A stretch of DNA of 64,000 bases from Candidatus Brennerbacteria bacterium (GTDB taxonomy: Bacteria; Patescibacteriota; Minisyncoccia; UBA6257; GWB1-50-10), in contig JACPEK010000006.1 of assembly GCA_016183535.1 (NCBI GenBank), positions 38,015 to 102,014 of the forward strand, written 5' to 3'. How positions within the stretch are numbered: the stretch's first letter is position 1; each line of letters opens with the position of its first letter. The position numbers were made by a program, and so were the translations under genes. Under the pieces are notes generated by a model, which was given only the letters and a program-made list of their open reading frames with translations, ran no database searches and was not told the origin of the DNA. Shown here piece after piece: positions 55,450 through 64,000 of the stretch.

Positions 55450-56031
55450 GTGACTATGAGGCACGCGGGAATAAGAAAAGGATCAAAACCTCACCACATC
55501 CTCAAAACGGTTCTCGCGTGCGGAGGAATTTTGCTCCTCGGTTCCATTTCCCCCGCGAGCGGGGCGGTTCTCGCGCGAAATCTTTTGCAACTGTACTTTC
55601 GAAACAAAAGAATGGGGAAGGAGAGATTTCTCCAGGATCTCAAACGGCTCCAAAACCGAAAACTTATCGATTATATCCACCTGCCGGATGGAAAGGTGAA
55701 AATCACTCTCACCGCGCGCGGGAAAAATAAGGTTCTCATGTATAACTTCGACGAGATGCGCTTAAAAACGCATGGGTGGGATGGGAAGTGGCGCATGATC
55801 ATCTTCGACATCCCCGATAGACAAAAACGAGCACGGGAAGCGTTGCGGCAAAAAATGAGGGAGATGGATTTCTATCCACTTCAAAAGAGCGTGTTCATTA
55901 CTCCCTATCCATGCGAGGACGAGATTGACTTCATTTGCGGTATTTTTGAGATAAATCGGAATAATGTTTTACTGCTCGAAATTAGCCGCTTTGAAGGATC
56001 AGAAAAACTGAAACGCCATTTCCGCCTCTAA
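55450..56031 (+). CDS. Cas2/VapD-like ferredoxin-fold domain protein with an N-terminal winged-helix-like region (no CRISPR array nearby)
   Basis: KWRMIIFDIPDRQKRAREALRQKMREMDFYPLQKSVFI matches the Cas2-type [LI]vyDI..(K/R)R.k....L...G.R.Q.SVF pattern. Confidence 0.45.
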   Translation: MTMRHAGIRKGSKPHHILKTVLACGGILLLGSISPASGAVLARNLLQLYFRNKRMGKERFLQDLKRLQNRKLIDYIHLPDGKVKITLTARGKNKVLMYNFDEMRLKTHGWDGKWRMIIFDIPDRQKRAREALRQKMREMDFYPLQKSVFITPYPCEDEIDFICGIFEINRNNVLLLEISRFEGSEKLKRHFRL

Positions 56032-56056
56032 AAATAGTTACCCCTCCCAAGAACAG

Positions 56057-56097
56057 AATATCACACTTATCTGCGATAGCATGTTAAATGTGATATA
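56057..56097. promoter_or_regulatory. imperfect palindrome (tatcacacttatctgcgatagcatgttaaatgtgata) related to the one at 55397, downstream of the Cas2-like gene
   Basis: The arms share the tgtgata/tatcaca core and a gcgatagcat spacer. Confidence 0.5.
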
Positions 56098-56133
56098 CCT
56101 CGTTCCCTTTGAAACACCGATTATTTAAAAAAT

Positions 56134-57012
56134 CTACCACCGCCCGGAGGCGCCACCGCCGCCCGAGTGGCCGCCGCCGAAGCCGCCAAATCCCCCGCCG
56201 CCCCATCCGCCGCGTCCGCCGTGCGGCCCACCGCCGATCCACCACGGGAAATGCCCGGTGATTTTCCCCCGCCCATACGCCCGCGACACGAGAAAATCAA
56301 AGAGCAGGCCAAGCGGCGTAAGCACCGCGACGGCGACAAAACCGCTCCACAAAAATCCGAAGATAAATCCCAACACAACGCCCGCAACGCCGCCCACAAC
56401 GCCACCCGCCCACCACGATTTTGAGCGCCCAAGAATGCTTGCGAGCCAGACCGGAACAAAGAAGACAAGCCAGAACCAATCGAAATCAACGGGCATGCGC
56501 GTGGTCGGTGGCACATATTCGCCGCCGATCGCTTCGATCATCGCATCCACCGCCGCGCCAATGCCGACGGCATACTCCCCGTCGCGGAACGCGGGGACGA
56601 TGATATTATTTATAACCGCCGCGCTTTCAAGGTCGGTCAGCTCCGGTTCCAAACCATACCCCACCTCGATCCGCACCGCGCGTTCGTCCCGCGCGATGAG
56701 AAGGAGCGCCCCGTTGTCCTGTGGCTCCTTTCCTATCCCCCATTCTTCGAAGAGTCGTACCGCATAGTCCTCGACGGTATCGCCGCCAAGCGAAGAAATG
56801 GCAACCACCGCAATTTCGTTCCCGCTTGATTGCGCGTATGTGGAAAGTTTCGATTCTAACCCCTCGATTCCGCTCGGATCAAACATCCCCGCGAAATCAT
56901 TTACAAACCCGCGCGGCGCACCCGGACTCATATATGCAAAAACCGTAAGGGGCGCGAGGAGCGCGAGGAGCGCGGTGCGTGCAAGATTTTTCAGTTTTAA
57001 TATCCCCGCCAT
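56134..57012 (-). CDS. TPM-domain protein (YgcG/TLP18.3 family) with a C-terminal TM and Gly-rich tail
   Basis: GFVNDFAGMFDPSGIEGLESKL...EIAVVAISSLGGDTVEDYAVRLFEEWGIGK...GALLLIARDERAVRIEVGYGLE. Confidence 0.8.
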   Translation of the reverse strand: MAGILKLKNLARTALLALLAPLTVFAYMSPGAPRGFVNDFAGMFDPSGIEGLESKLSTYAQSSGNEIAVVAISSLGGDTVEDYAVRLFEEWGIGKEPQDNGALLLIARDERAVRIEVGYGLEPELTDLESAAVINNIIVPAFRDGEYAVGIGAAVDAMIEAIGGEYVPPTTRMPVDFDWFWLVFFVPVWLASILGRSKSWWAGGVVGGVAGVVLGFIFGFLWSGFVAVAVLTPLGLLFDFLVSRAYGRGKITGHFPWWIGGGPHGGRGGWGGGGFGGFGGGHSGGGGASGRW

Positions 57013-57083
57013 ATCAAATCAATCGCGGCGAGGGTACTATACTTAAGCATAGTACCCTCGTTGCTTACCTCGTTTCTGCGACA

Positions 57084-57644
57084 CTAGAGTTCCACCCGCG
57101 GAGCGTTTTCAGCGCCCTCCGCCGCTTCGAAGTAGGCGCGCTCGCCAAAATCAAACATGCCCGCGACCACGTTTCCCGGAAAGCGCTTCACCACCACATT
57201 GAGGTCACGCACGGCATCGTTGAAGCGACGCCGTTCCACCGACACGCGGTTTTCCGTTCCCTCAAGCTCCGTCATGAGATTTGTAACGCTTTCTGTAGAT
57301 CGGAGTTGCGGGTAGTTCTCCATGACCACAAGAAGACGCGCCAAGGCGCTTTCCACTCCGGTCGCGGCCGCGGCCTTTTCATCCACCGTCGCGGCGCCCG
57401 CGTATCGCGTGCGCGCCTCGGCTAAAACGCCGAACACTTCCTGCTCCTGCGCCATAATCCCCTTCACTGATTCGACGAGATTCGGGATGAGATCGAACCT
57501 GCGTTGATACGCGGTCTCGACCTGCGCCCACTGGTTGTCGACCGCCTCATTCTTCCCCACAAACCCGTTATACGCGCTCCACCCGTAGAAGAGCGCCACC
57601 GCCACGATGCCGACCGCAATCCACCATTTCTTGTTCATGTCCAT
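57084..57644 (-). CDS. lemA: LemA family protein
   Basis: ORF trimmed to MDMNKKWW.... N-terminal TM plus a LemA domain (NQWAQVETAYQRRFDLIPNLV). Confidence 0.8.
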   Translation of the reverse strand: MDMNKKWWIAVGIVAVALFYGWSAYNGFVGKNEAVDNQWAQVETAYQRRFDLIPNLVESVKGIMAQEQEVFGVLAEARTRYAGAATVDEKAAAATGVESALARLLVVMENYPQLRSTESVTNLMTELEGTENRVSVERRRFNDAVRDLNVVVKRFPGNVVAGMFDFGERAYFEAAEGAENAPRVEL

Positions 57645-57748
57645 ATAAAAAATTTTCCGAACGTATGACCTTTGCCGCCGCATTATATCATAAAACGTAA
57701 AAAAGAAATCCCGCGCTTTTCCTATAAAAAAGCGCGGGGTCAAGACTA

Positions 57749-59506
57749 TCAGCCGGTCGCAACCTTTCGGACACTTTCCTCCGGTTCCCCATAAGGAATT
57801 CCTTTCGAGGTCCGGGCAAAAAGGTATGCGGGCGTGCGGTCGGCGCGGGCAATTTCTCTCCAGAAATAATAAGCCTTCCGGAGATGCGCATCCATTTGGA
57901 GCGCCACCTGCCGCACTTCGTGATTGACCGAGAATTTACTCCTCTGCCAGATCACGAATTCCCATTGAGCGAGGTTCCCGCCCATCTGAAACCCCACCAT
58001 GTTGCCGAGCGCGAACGCGTATTGGCATATTTCATGTGGAACGTCCGCGTTCCGCATGTCATGGTAGAGCTTTCGGTTCAGGGCATGCACCCAGGTAAAA
58101 TCCTGGTGCAACCACTGGGGCGCCGGTTTGTCGTATCGGTAGAACCCTATCTCCGGCGTGAGGTACGTGCGGAAATGGGTGCAGAACCCGTGCCGCTCTA
58201 AATCCCGCCAACCGCGGAAACTCATGATGCCGCGGAAGAAACCGGAGAAATACTCGAATTGGTTCGGAAGCTTATCGTGCGGTTCGCGACGTGCGGCGCT
58301 CCGATAAACACCGTCTTCTCCTCCGAAATCGCGGACGGCGACCCGCATCCTCGAGAAAAGGTGCAAATCTTCTTCTCCAACCCAATTCAAAATTTTCGGC
58401 CCCATAAGCCCGCTCGGATTGGAGAAAAAAAACCGCGCAACCGAAAGATACCGCCAATCTTCCCGCTTCGCGGAGGTAATTTCCACGTGCCGCAGGAACT
58501 GGTCACCGCCAATCTTCTCGGATTCTTCCATGATAAGCTCGGCGAGTGCGATATTTTCCGGAGTGTTATCGAGAAGAAGATGTTTAATGAGCTCCGGGAA
58601 CGCTTCGCCGCTTACCGACACCCCGAGTGAGGTTAGGGTCGCGGCCGGCAGAAGATTGCCGAGTAGATCGCATGCTTCTCCTTTTACCGCGGCGGCAAGT
58701 TCACGCTCTGGCGTTTTTTCCGCATGCGCTTCGCGGAAAAACGCCTCAAGATTTCCTTTACTCATCCTCATCTGGTATTGCGCGAGGATGGCACGCGTCT
58801 CGCGCTCCACACGCGCCGCAAAATCGCCGTGGAGACGAGAATCGAGATCTTCCCAGAAGGGGTAGAGTTGCGCCTTATCCATCCGCACGAAGCGGGTGGA
58901 AAGCTCAATGTAGCCGGCCCCGGGACGACCCCATTCGAACGATTTCGCGGCAAGAATGGAGATTCCCTCCACGCCGAAGGTGAGCGTCGCGCCGCGCGCG
59001 ATCGAATTATGTCCGTACTTATCGAGAAAGAGCGCCATAAACCATCTGAAACGCGGTGATGACGCGAGCTTCCTGAAATATACGGGGTCCGCAGATGCGC
59101 GGATGAATTTGCCGAAGAGCGTTCGATGCTCCTCGGAAAACGATACGAACGCTTCGAGCGAGGTGAGGTGATGCTCTCTGATAAATTTCTGCATCGCCTC
59201 CACCAAAAACTTAAGCTCCGCGGCGCTTGCGGGCTCTGACTTAAACCTCTCCGAGAAGCTCAAGAGAATGAGCGGGAGAAGATTATCCACGAAATGTCCG
59301 CGGATGCCCCGCGCGTTCTCCATCCGCGAATACATGGAAAGAAGCGCGGCGAGAACGGAAGGCGGGAAACTGAAGATGAAGAACACCCGCTTAGCCGCAT
59401 TCGTGAAAAACGGGCGAAGCGCGCGGGCTTCAAGCGGGGTGAATGTATACTCTGCCGCGGTGCGTACCCATCGGCGCGCGCCGGAAAAACCAGCTATACG
59501 TGGCAT
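57749..59506 (-). CDS. hypothetical protein (585 aa) with weak ThyX-like resemblance (degenerate RHR motif)
   Basis: HNSIARGATLTFGVEGISILAAKSFEWGRPGAGYIELSTRF loosely parallels ThyX [39 protein letters not shown]. Confidence 0.35.
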   Translation of the reverse strand: MPRIAGFSGARRWVRTAAEYTFTPLEARALRPFFTNAAKRVFFIFSFPPSVLAALLSMYSRMENARGIRGHFVDNLLPLILLSFSERFKSEPASAAELKFLVEAMQKFIREHHLTSLEAFVSFSEEHRTLFGKFIRASADPVYFRKLASSPRFRWFMALFLDKYGHNSIARGATLTFGVEGISILAAKSFEWGRPGAGYIELSTRFVRMDKAQLYPFWEDLDSRLHGDFAARVERETRAILAQYQMRMSKGNLEAFFREAHAEKTPERELAAAVKGEACDLLGNLLPAATLTSLGVSVSGEAFPELIKHLLLDNTPENIALAELIMEESEKIGGDQFLRHVEITSAKREDWRYLSVARFFFSNPSGLMGPKILNWVGEEDLHLFSRMRVAVRDFGGEDGVYRSAARREPHDKLPNQFEYFSGFFRGIMSFRGWRDLERHGFCTHFRTYLTPEIGFYRYDKPAPQWLHQDFTWVHALNRKLYHDMRNADVPHEICQYAFALGNMVGFQMGGNLAQWEFVIWQRSKFSVNHEVRQVALQMDAHLRKAYYFWREIARADRTPAYLFARTSKGIPYGEPEESVRKVATG

Positions 59507-59555
59507 ATATATACCCTCCTTATATTGTGAATGTTCTTTTGGAACTGTCCGGACT

Positions 59556-59598
59556 CTAAAACAAAAGCCGCCCTCGTGGCAAGGGCGGCTTTTGTTTA
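59556..59598 (-). terminator. rho-independent terminator of groEL
   Basis: aaaagccgccct-cgtggca-agggcggctttt, with T-runs on both strands. Confidence 0.7.
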
Positions 59599-59609
59599 TA
59601 GGCCTTCAC

Positions 59610-61250
59610 TTAGTAATCCATCCCCCCCGGCATGCCACCCGCGGGCGGCGCTTCTTTCTTCGGAATATCCGAGACTGCGGCGCCGATCGTGAGGTATGTC
59701 GAGGCAACCGAGACCGCGTTCTGGAGTGCTGTCTTCGTTACCTTCAAGGGATCAATGATGCCGGCTTCCTTGAGATCACCGATCTCGTTTGAGATCGCAT
59801 TGAACCCAAGCCACACCTTTCCTCCTTTCGCCTTCTGGTTCTTCAATTCCGCGATGATGCGCATGGGCGTCTCGCCGCTATTCGCCACGATTGCGGAAAT
59901 GGGCGTCTCGAGCGCACGCTCAAGAATAGCATGCGCCGTCGCCGCAACCGGATTTTTCTTTTCTGAATTCGCGGACTCGAGCGCGACGTTCATGAGCGCG
60001 ATACCGCCGCCCGGCACGATTCCCTCCTCCATCGCCGCGCGCGTCGCCGCAACTGCGTCCTCCACCCGCTGTTTCAATTCCTTCTGCGCGGATTCGGTCG
60101 GCGCACCCACCTTGATGACCGCAACGCCGCCCGCGAGCTTACCCAGCCGCTCGTTCAATTTTTCCCTATCGTAGTCGGAGTCCGTGCGCTTCACCTGTTC
60201 GCGAATCTGCCTCACGCGTTCCTCGATCGTTTTTTTGTCGCCCTTCCCGTCCACGATCGTTGTTTTGTCCTTGTCCGCCACCACGCGGTGCGCATGGCCG
60301 AGTTCTTCAAGTCCCACGTTCTCGAGTTTTTTCCCAAGATCTTCGGACACGAGCGAGGCTCCCGTTACGGTAGCGATATCCTGCAACATCTCTTTTTTCC
60401 GGTCGCCGAAACCGGGGGCTTTGACCGCGAGCACGTTGAAAATGCCACGGATTTTGTTCACCACGAGCGTGGCGAGCGCTTCGCCCTCCACTTCCTCGGC
60501 GACAATTACCAATTCCTTCTTCCCGCTCTGCACCGCCTTCTCGAGGAGCGGCAGGAGTTCCTGAATAGAGGAAATCTTCCGGTCGGTTACGAGAATCGCG
60601 GGGTCTTCGATCGCGGACTCCATACGCTCCTGGTTCGTCACCATGTAGGGCGAGATGTAGCCGCGGTCGAATTGCATACCCTCCACCATTTCGTACGAAT
60701 TGCCGATAGTGTTCGAGTCCTCGATCGTAACCACGCCCTCACGGCCCACTTTCCCCATGACCTCGGCGATCAAGGCGCCGATCGTGGCGTCCTTCGCGGA
60801 GAGTGTTGCGACTTCCTCAACTTTCTTCGGGTCGTTGATGGGCTCTTTCTGCGCCTCAAGACTCTTTACAATCATCTCGCTTCCTTTCTTCAGCTCCTCC
60901 GCAAGTTGGATCACGTTGAACCCCTTCTCTCGGATCGCCTTCTCCCCTTCCTCGATCATCGCGTGCGCCAAAACCACCGAAGTCGTGGTGCCGTCGCCCA
61001 CGTTGTCGTTCGTCTTGTCCGCCGCTTGCTTCAGAAACTCGGCGCCGAGGTTTTCATATTTGTCCTCGAGCTCGATTTCCTTCGCGACCGTCACGCCGTC
61101 GAAAGTAACCTGCGGCGCGCCGAATGATTTCTCGAGCACCACCGCGCGGCCACGCGGACCCAAGGTCATCCGTACGGACTCCGCGAGCTTGTCGATGCCC
61201 TTCTTCATCGCCGCACGCGCTTCTTCGTTGAATTTGATTTGTTTCGCCAT
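59610..61250 (-). CDS. groL: chaperonin GroEL
   Basis: ORF trimmed to MAKQIKFNEEAR.... Full GroEL sequence ending with a GGM repeat tail (GGMPGGMDY). Confidence 0.96.
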   Translation of the reverse strand: MAKQIKFNEEARAAMKKGIDKLAESVRMTLGPRGRAVVLEKSFGAPQVTFDGVTVAKEIELEDKYENLGAEFLKQAADKTNDNVGDGTTTSVVLAHAMIEEGEKAIREKGFNVIQLAEELKKGSEMIVKSLEAQKEPINDPKKVEEVATLSAKDATIGALIAEVMGKVGREGVVTIEDSNTIGNSYEMVEGMQFDRGYISPYMVTNQERMESAIEDPAILVTDRKISSIQELLPLLEKAVQSGKKELVIVAEEVEGEALATLVVNKIRGIFNVLAVKAPGFGDRKKEMLQDIATVTGASLVSEDLGKKLENVGLEELGHAHRVVADKDKTTIVDGKGDKKTIEERVRQIREQVKRTDSDYDREKLNERLGKLAGGVAVIKVGAPTESAQKELKQRVEDAVAATRAAMEEGIVPGGGIALMNVALESANSEKKNPVAATAHAILERALETPISAIVANSGETPMRIIAELKNQKAKGGKVWLGFNAISNEIGDLKEAGIIDPLKVTKTALQNAVSVASTYLTIGAAVSDIPKKEAPPAGGMPGGMDY

Positions 61251-61337
61251 ATTTTTTTTACGAATAAACACGAATGTTTACGTGGATATCATGAATCGTC
61301 TCGGTTTCTCTCCGTGAAAATTCGTCCACGTTCGCGC

Positions 61338-61637
61338 TCATTCAATAATCCCTAAAATGTCGTCCTCCTCCACGAGGTAGAACTTTGTTCCGTTCTCCTC
61401 GAACTTGTGATCGTCCGACCACGGTTCCTTGAAGAGCACGCTGTCACCGACCTTGACCGAGAGCGGGAGTCGCTCTCCCTTCTCTGAAAGTTTCCCGGGA
61501 CCTACCGCCGTTACCTTCCCCCGCACCTGCTTCTTTCTGTCCGCCGTATCGGGGAGCACAATGCCGGACTTCGTCGTTTTTGCGTCGTCCGCGATCGCCT
61601 CCACCAGCACGTGATTTGAGAGTGGTTTGAATTTCAT
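61338..61637 (-). CDS. groS: co-chaperonin GroES
   Basis: 99-aa GroES-like protein (MKFKPLSNHVLVEA...). Confidence 0.95.
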   Translation of the reverse strand: MKFKPLSNHVLVEAIADDAKTTKSGIVLPDTADRKKQVRGKVTAVGPGKLSEKGERLPLSVKVGDSVLFKEPWSDDHKFEENGTKFYLVEEDDILGIIE

Positions 61638-61666
61638 CGTTCAGCACACTCCGCCGTTTAATTTAA

Positions 61667-61693
61667 TTGGCAGTAACGACCTTTTACTGCTAA
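61667..61693. promoter_or_regulatory. CIRCE-like inverted repeat (TTGGCAGTA-N9-TACTGCTAA) 30 nt upstream of the groES start codon
   Basis: 9-bp arms with a 9-nt spacer, the same architecture as CIRCE TTAGCACTC-N9-GAGTGCTAA. Confidence 0.45.
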
Positions 61694-61778
61694 TGGCAAA
61701 AACCATTCTAGCCGCGCCAATAAACCTGTCAACCCCGGCCGTTGCGAAATCGCCGGCGCACGGACTAAGATAAGCGCA

Positions 61779-63539
61779 ATGGCGTTCCTCGAACGATACG
61801 GAAGCGAGGGCCTCGTGCAAAAAGCGCGCCGATTTGCCGAGACCGCGCACCAAGGAGCATTCCGCGTCTCCGGCGATCCGTATATCACCCACTGTCTTGC
61901 GGTCGCGGAAACCGTCGCGGAGTGGGGACTTGATGAACCCTCCGTGGCGGCGGCGCTCCTCCACGATGTGGCGGAGGATACCTCGCACACGCTCGCCGAC
62001 CTTGAGCGCGTGTTCGGCGCCGAAGTAAAATTTCTCGTCGAGGGACTCACAAAACTGAAAACAATCCCCTCGAACGAGGGGGAAGAAAAAGCCGAGAACC
62101 TCCGCAAGTTCATCGTTTCATTCGCGGAAGACATACGGGTTTTAATCATCAAACTTGCCGACCGTCTCCACAACATGAAAACGCTCGCCGCACTGCCCCC
62201 GGACGATCGGAAGAGGATTGCCGATGAAACAATCGAAATCTACGCCCCGCTCGCCTACCGACTCGGCATGCAAAAACTCTCCGGAGAACTTGAGGATCTC
62301 GCGTTCCCCCACGCGCTCCCCGAAGAATTCGCGTGGCTCGCACGCGCCATCCAAGATCCTTACGAAGAGCGGCTCGCGTACGCGGAGCTCCTCATATCGA
62401 AAATTCGCAGCCTCTTCGCCACACACCGCATTGAACCGGTCGCGCTCGACGCCCGCGCCAAGCGCCACTACAGTCTCTACAAAAAACTCATCCGCCACGA
62501 CATGGACGTTACGAAAATTTATGACCTCGTCGCGGTGAGAATCGTAATGCCAACGGTCGCCGATTGCTACGCCGCACTCGGCGCGATCCACCAGGAATGG
62601 CCGCCGCTCCCCGGGCGATTCAAAGACTATATCGCCCGCCCCAAGCCGAACGGCTATCGGAGTCTCCACACCACCGTGTTTTGCGTGGATCATAAGATCA
62701 CCGAATTTCAGATACGCACACTCGAAATGCACGAGGAAGCGGAGCTCGGCATCGCCGCCCACTGGGCATACCAACAAGCGCGAAACAATCCCGAGGGAAC
62801 GGCGCGCTGGGAAGGCATGCGCGATCGCAAGGAACTCCGCTGGGTGGAACAGCTCCGTAATTGGCAAAATGCGCTCGGCAACCAAGAGGAATTCGTTCAG
62901 AGTCTCAAAGCGGATTTCTTCAAGGATCGCATCTTCGTGCTCACGCCGGCGAACGACGTGATTGATCTCCCCGCCGGAGCATCGCCTGTGGATTTCGCCT
63001 ACCGCATCCATTCAGACCTCGGTGCGAGCTGTGTGGGGGCGAAAGTGAACGGAAAAATGACCCCGCTCGACGCGGAGCTTCGTTCCGGAGATATAGTCGA
63101 GATCATATCCCAACGCGGAAAAAAACCCTCGGAGGACTGGCTCCGTTTCGTGAAAACCGCCCAAGCGAAGCAAAAAATACGCGGCGCCATCCGGAACTCC
63201 GACCGCCGCTTTAAAGAGCGCGCAGAAAGCCGCGTCATCTCATTCCACGTTACGAATGAAGATCGGCCGGGGTATCTCAAAGACGTAACGGCGATTTTCG
63301 GAAACGCCAGGGTGAACATCCTGCGGCTCGCAAGCAACACCGATCCGCGACGCGCGTTTGCGAGCGTGCTCGTCGAGTGCGCGGAACCGTCCAAAGACGC
63401 CGTCGAAAAACTTCTCGTCAAACTCAAGGCGCTCCCCGGCACGCGCGAGGTTCATTGCACCCACCACGACGCCGCTAGGCCTCTTCGCCGAGGAGGCGGT
63501 CGCGGAGACCGCGGTATTCCTCGTCGGAATAAAAAATAA
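61779..63539 (+). CDS. rel: bifunctional (p)ppGpp synthetase/hydrolase Rel, short form
   Basis: HD domain (HDVAEDT), RelA/SpoT synthetase domain (RIVMPTVADCYAALGAIH, YRSLHTTV), TGS and ACT-like C-terminus. Confidence 0.9.
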   Translation: MAFLERYGSEGLVQKARRFAETAHQGAFRVSGDPYITHCLAVAETVAEWGLDEPSVAAALLHDVAEDTSHTLADLERVFGAEVKFLVEGLTKLKTIPSNEGEEKAENLRKFIVSFAEDIRVLIIKLADRLHNMKTLAALPPDDRKRIADETIEIYAPLAYRLGMQKLSGELEDLAFPHALPEEFAWLARAIQDPYEERLAYAELLISKIRSLFATHRIEPVALDARAKRHYSLYKKLIRHDMDVTKIYDLVAVRIVMPTVADCYAALGAIHQEWPPLPGRFKDYIARPKPNGYRSLHTTVFCVDHKITEFQIRTLEMHEEAELGIAAHWAYQQARNNPEGTARWEGMRDRKELRWVEQLRNWQNALGNQEEFVQSLKADFFKDRIFVLTPANDVIDLPAGASPVDFAYRIHSDLGASCVGAKVNGKMTPLDAELRSGDIVEIISQRGKKPSEDWLRFVKTAQAKQKIRGAIRNSDRRFKERAESRVISFHVTNEDRPGYLKDVTAIFGNARVNILRLASNTDPRRAFASVLVECAEPSKDAVEKLLVKLKALPGTREVHCTHHDAARPLRRGGGRGDRGIPRRNKK

Positions 63540-64000
63540 TCTCAATCGTTCCTTCCGCGCCTCTACGTGTCACCTTCACCGGCGCCCCGAGTTTTTCCTC
63601 GAGCGCCCGCGCCGTCGCGACGTCTTCCGGAGAAACAATGTGCACGGCGGCTTTTCTGCGGGGCCGCGTACCGCTACGCCCCGAGAAAAATTTAACAAAA
63701 AGCGCGCGGCGAGCCGCAGGTTCCGCAACGGAAAGGAGCACGCGGGCGTGAGATTCGGTGATCGTTCCCGACGCGAGCGCCTCGAGTTCCTCCGCAGAAA
63801 GCTGGAGAAGCCGGAGCGTGTTCGCCACCGTCTCGCGACTCTTTCCCATCCGCGCGCCGATCTCGCGCTGGGTCAAACCGAATTCTTCCTGAAGCCGCGC
63901 ATAGGCGCGAGCCGCCTCAAGGGGAGAGAGGTTGCTCCGCTGGATATTCTCGATGAGCGCTATTTCGAGCTTCGCACGATGCGAATCGAGCGCCTTCACT
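63475..64000 (-). CDS. parB: chromosome partitioning protein ParB/Spo0J, 5'-partial (N-terminus beyond the window end)
   Basis: ParB HTH region IENIQRSNLSPLEAARAYARLQEEFGLTQREIGARMGKSRETVANTLRLL; the ORF reaches the window edge. Confidence 0.8.
   Translation of the reverse strand, partial: VKALDSHRAKLEIALIENIQRSNLSPLEAARAYARLQEEFGLTQREIGARMGKSRETVANTLRLLQLSAEELEALASGTITESHARVLLSVAEPAARRALFVKFFSGRSGTRPRRKAAVHIVSPEDVATARALEEKLGAPVKVTRRGAEGTIEIIFYSDEEYRGLRDRLLGEEA

Noticed and set aside
55157-55450. Integrase/prophage at the tRNA-Ser 3' side
   Set aside because: No integrase or recombinase ORF. Only a small Cas2-like gene and palindromes are present, so a prophage is not supported.
62142-63011. 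289-aa minus-strand ORF
   Set aside because: Antisense to rel (HD and synthetase domains on the plus strand).

Overview
This 64-kb window is GC-rich, compact bacterial DNA. Its gene content and synteny (small proteins, a minimal ProRS, short RpoA/UvrC/Rel, many secreted repeat proteins, a DGR-type retroelement) resemble a reduced-genome lineage such as CPR/Patescibacteria, but that is an inference from the sequence only. Most genes are on the minus strand.

Core content, in order:
- A long co-directional operon spanning 11565 to 3006: proS-mreB-mreC-mreD-pbp2-greA-lysS-serS.
- rseP, frr, holB-like, a second mreB paralog, and the ribosomal run rpsI-rplM, then rplQ-rpoA-rpsD-rpsK-rpsM-rpmJ-infA.
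- secDF, a P-type Ca-ATPase, an FAD oxidase, uvrC, cysS, dnaB, recR, rplU, a CPA2 antiporter, tRNA-Ser(GGA), a LemA-TPM pair, groESL, rel, and a partial parB at the window end.

Accessory and unusual content:
1. Positions 1-2260 hold a diversity-generating-retroelement-like cassette: a partial reverse transcriptase abutting an Avd-like four-helix-bundle gene, plus two 118-bp near-identical repeats (TR/VR candidates). One repeat forms the 3' end of a small gene that is followed by a hairpin.
2. Between infA and the sigma-r4/HARE-HTH gene there is a 4-gene module encoding a VirD4/TraD-like coupling-protein ATPase and three membrane proteins. It sits where secY-adk-map normally follow infA.
3. 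A ~10-kb minus-strand block (36374-46389) encodes only secreted or anchored proteins. It is organised as three tandem pairs of a membrane-anchored cupredoxin-like protein followed by a large surface protein. Two of the surface proteins are paralogs that share a C-terminal domain and carry heptanucleotide tandem repeats in coding sequence.
4. Two further AT-rich islands each carry an Avd-homologous four-helix-bundle gene flanked by inverted repeats.
5. An atypical tRNA-like T-arm/acceptor structure lies next to two zinc-ribbon genes.
6. A Cas2-like gene beside tRNA-Ser is flanked by related palindromes.

No rRNA genes or CRISPR array were found. Many long ORFs in the six-frame track are antisense artefacts of the high GC content. 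Spot checks disagreed by one base between my reading of the printed sequence and the ORF-track coordinates around 22,300-22,400; the listed coordinates follow the track.
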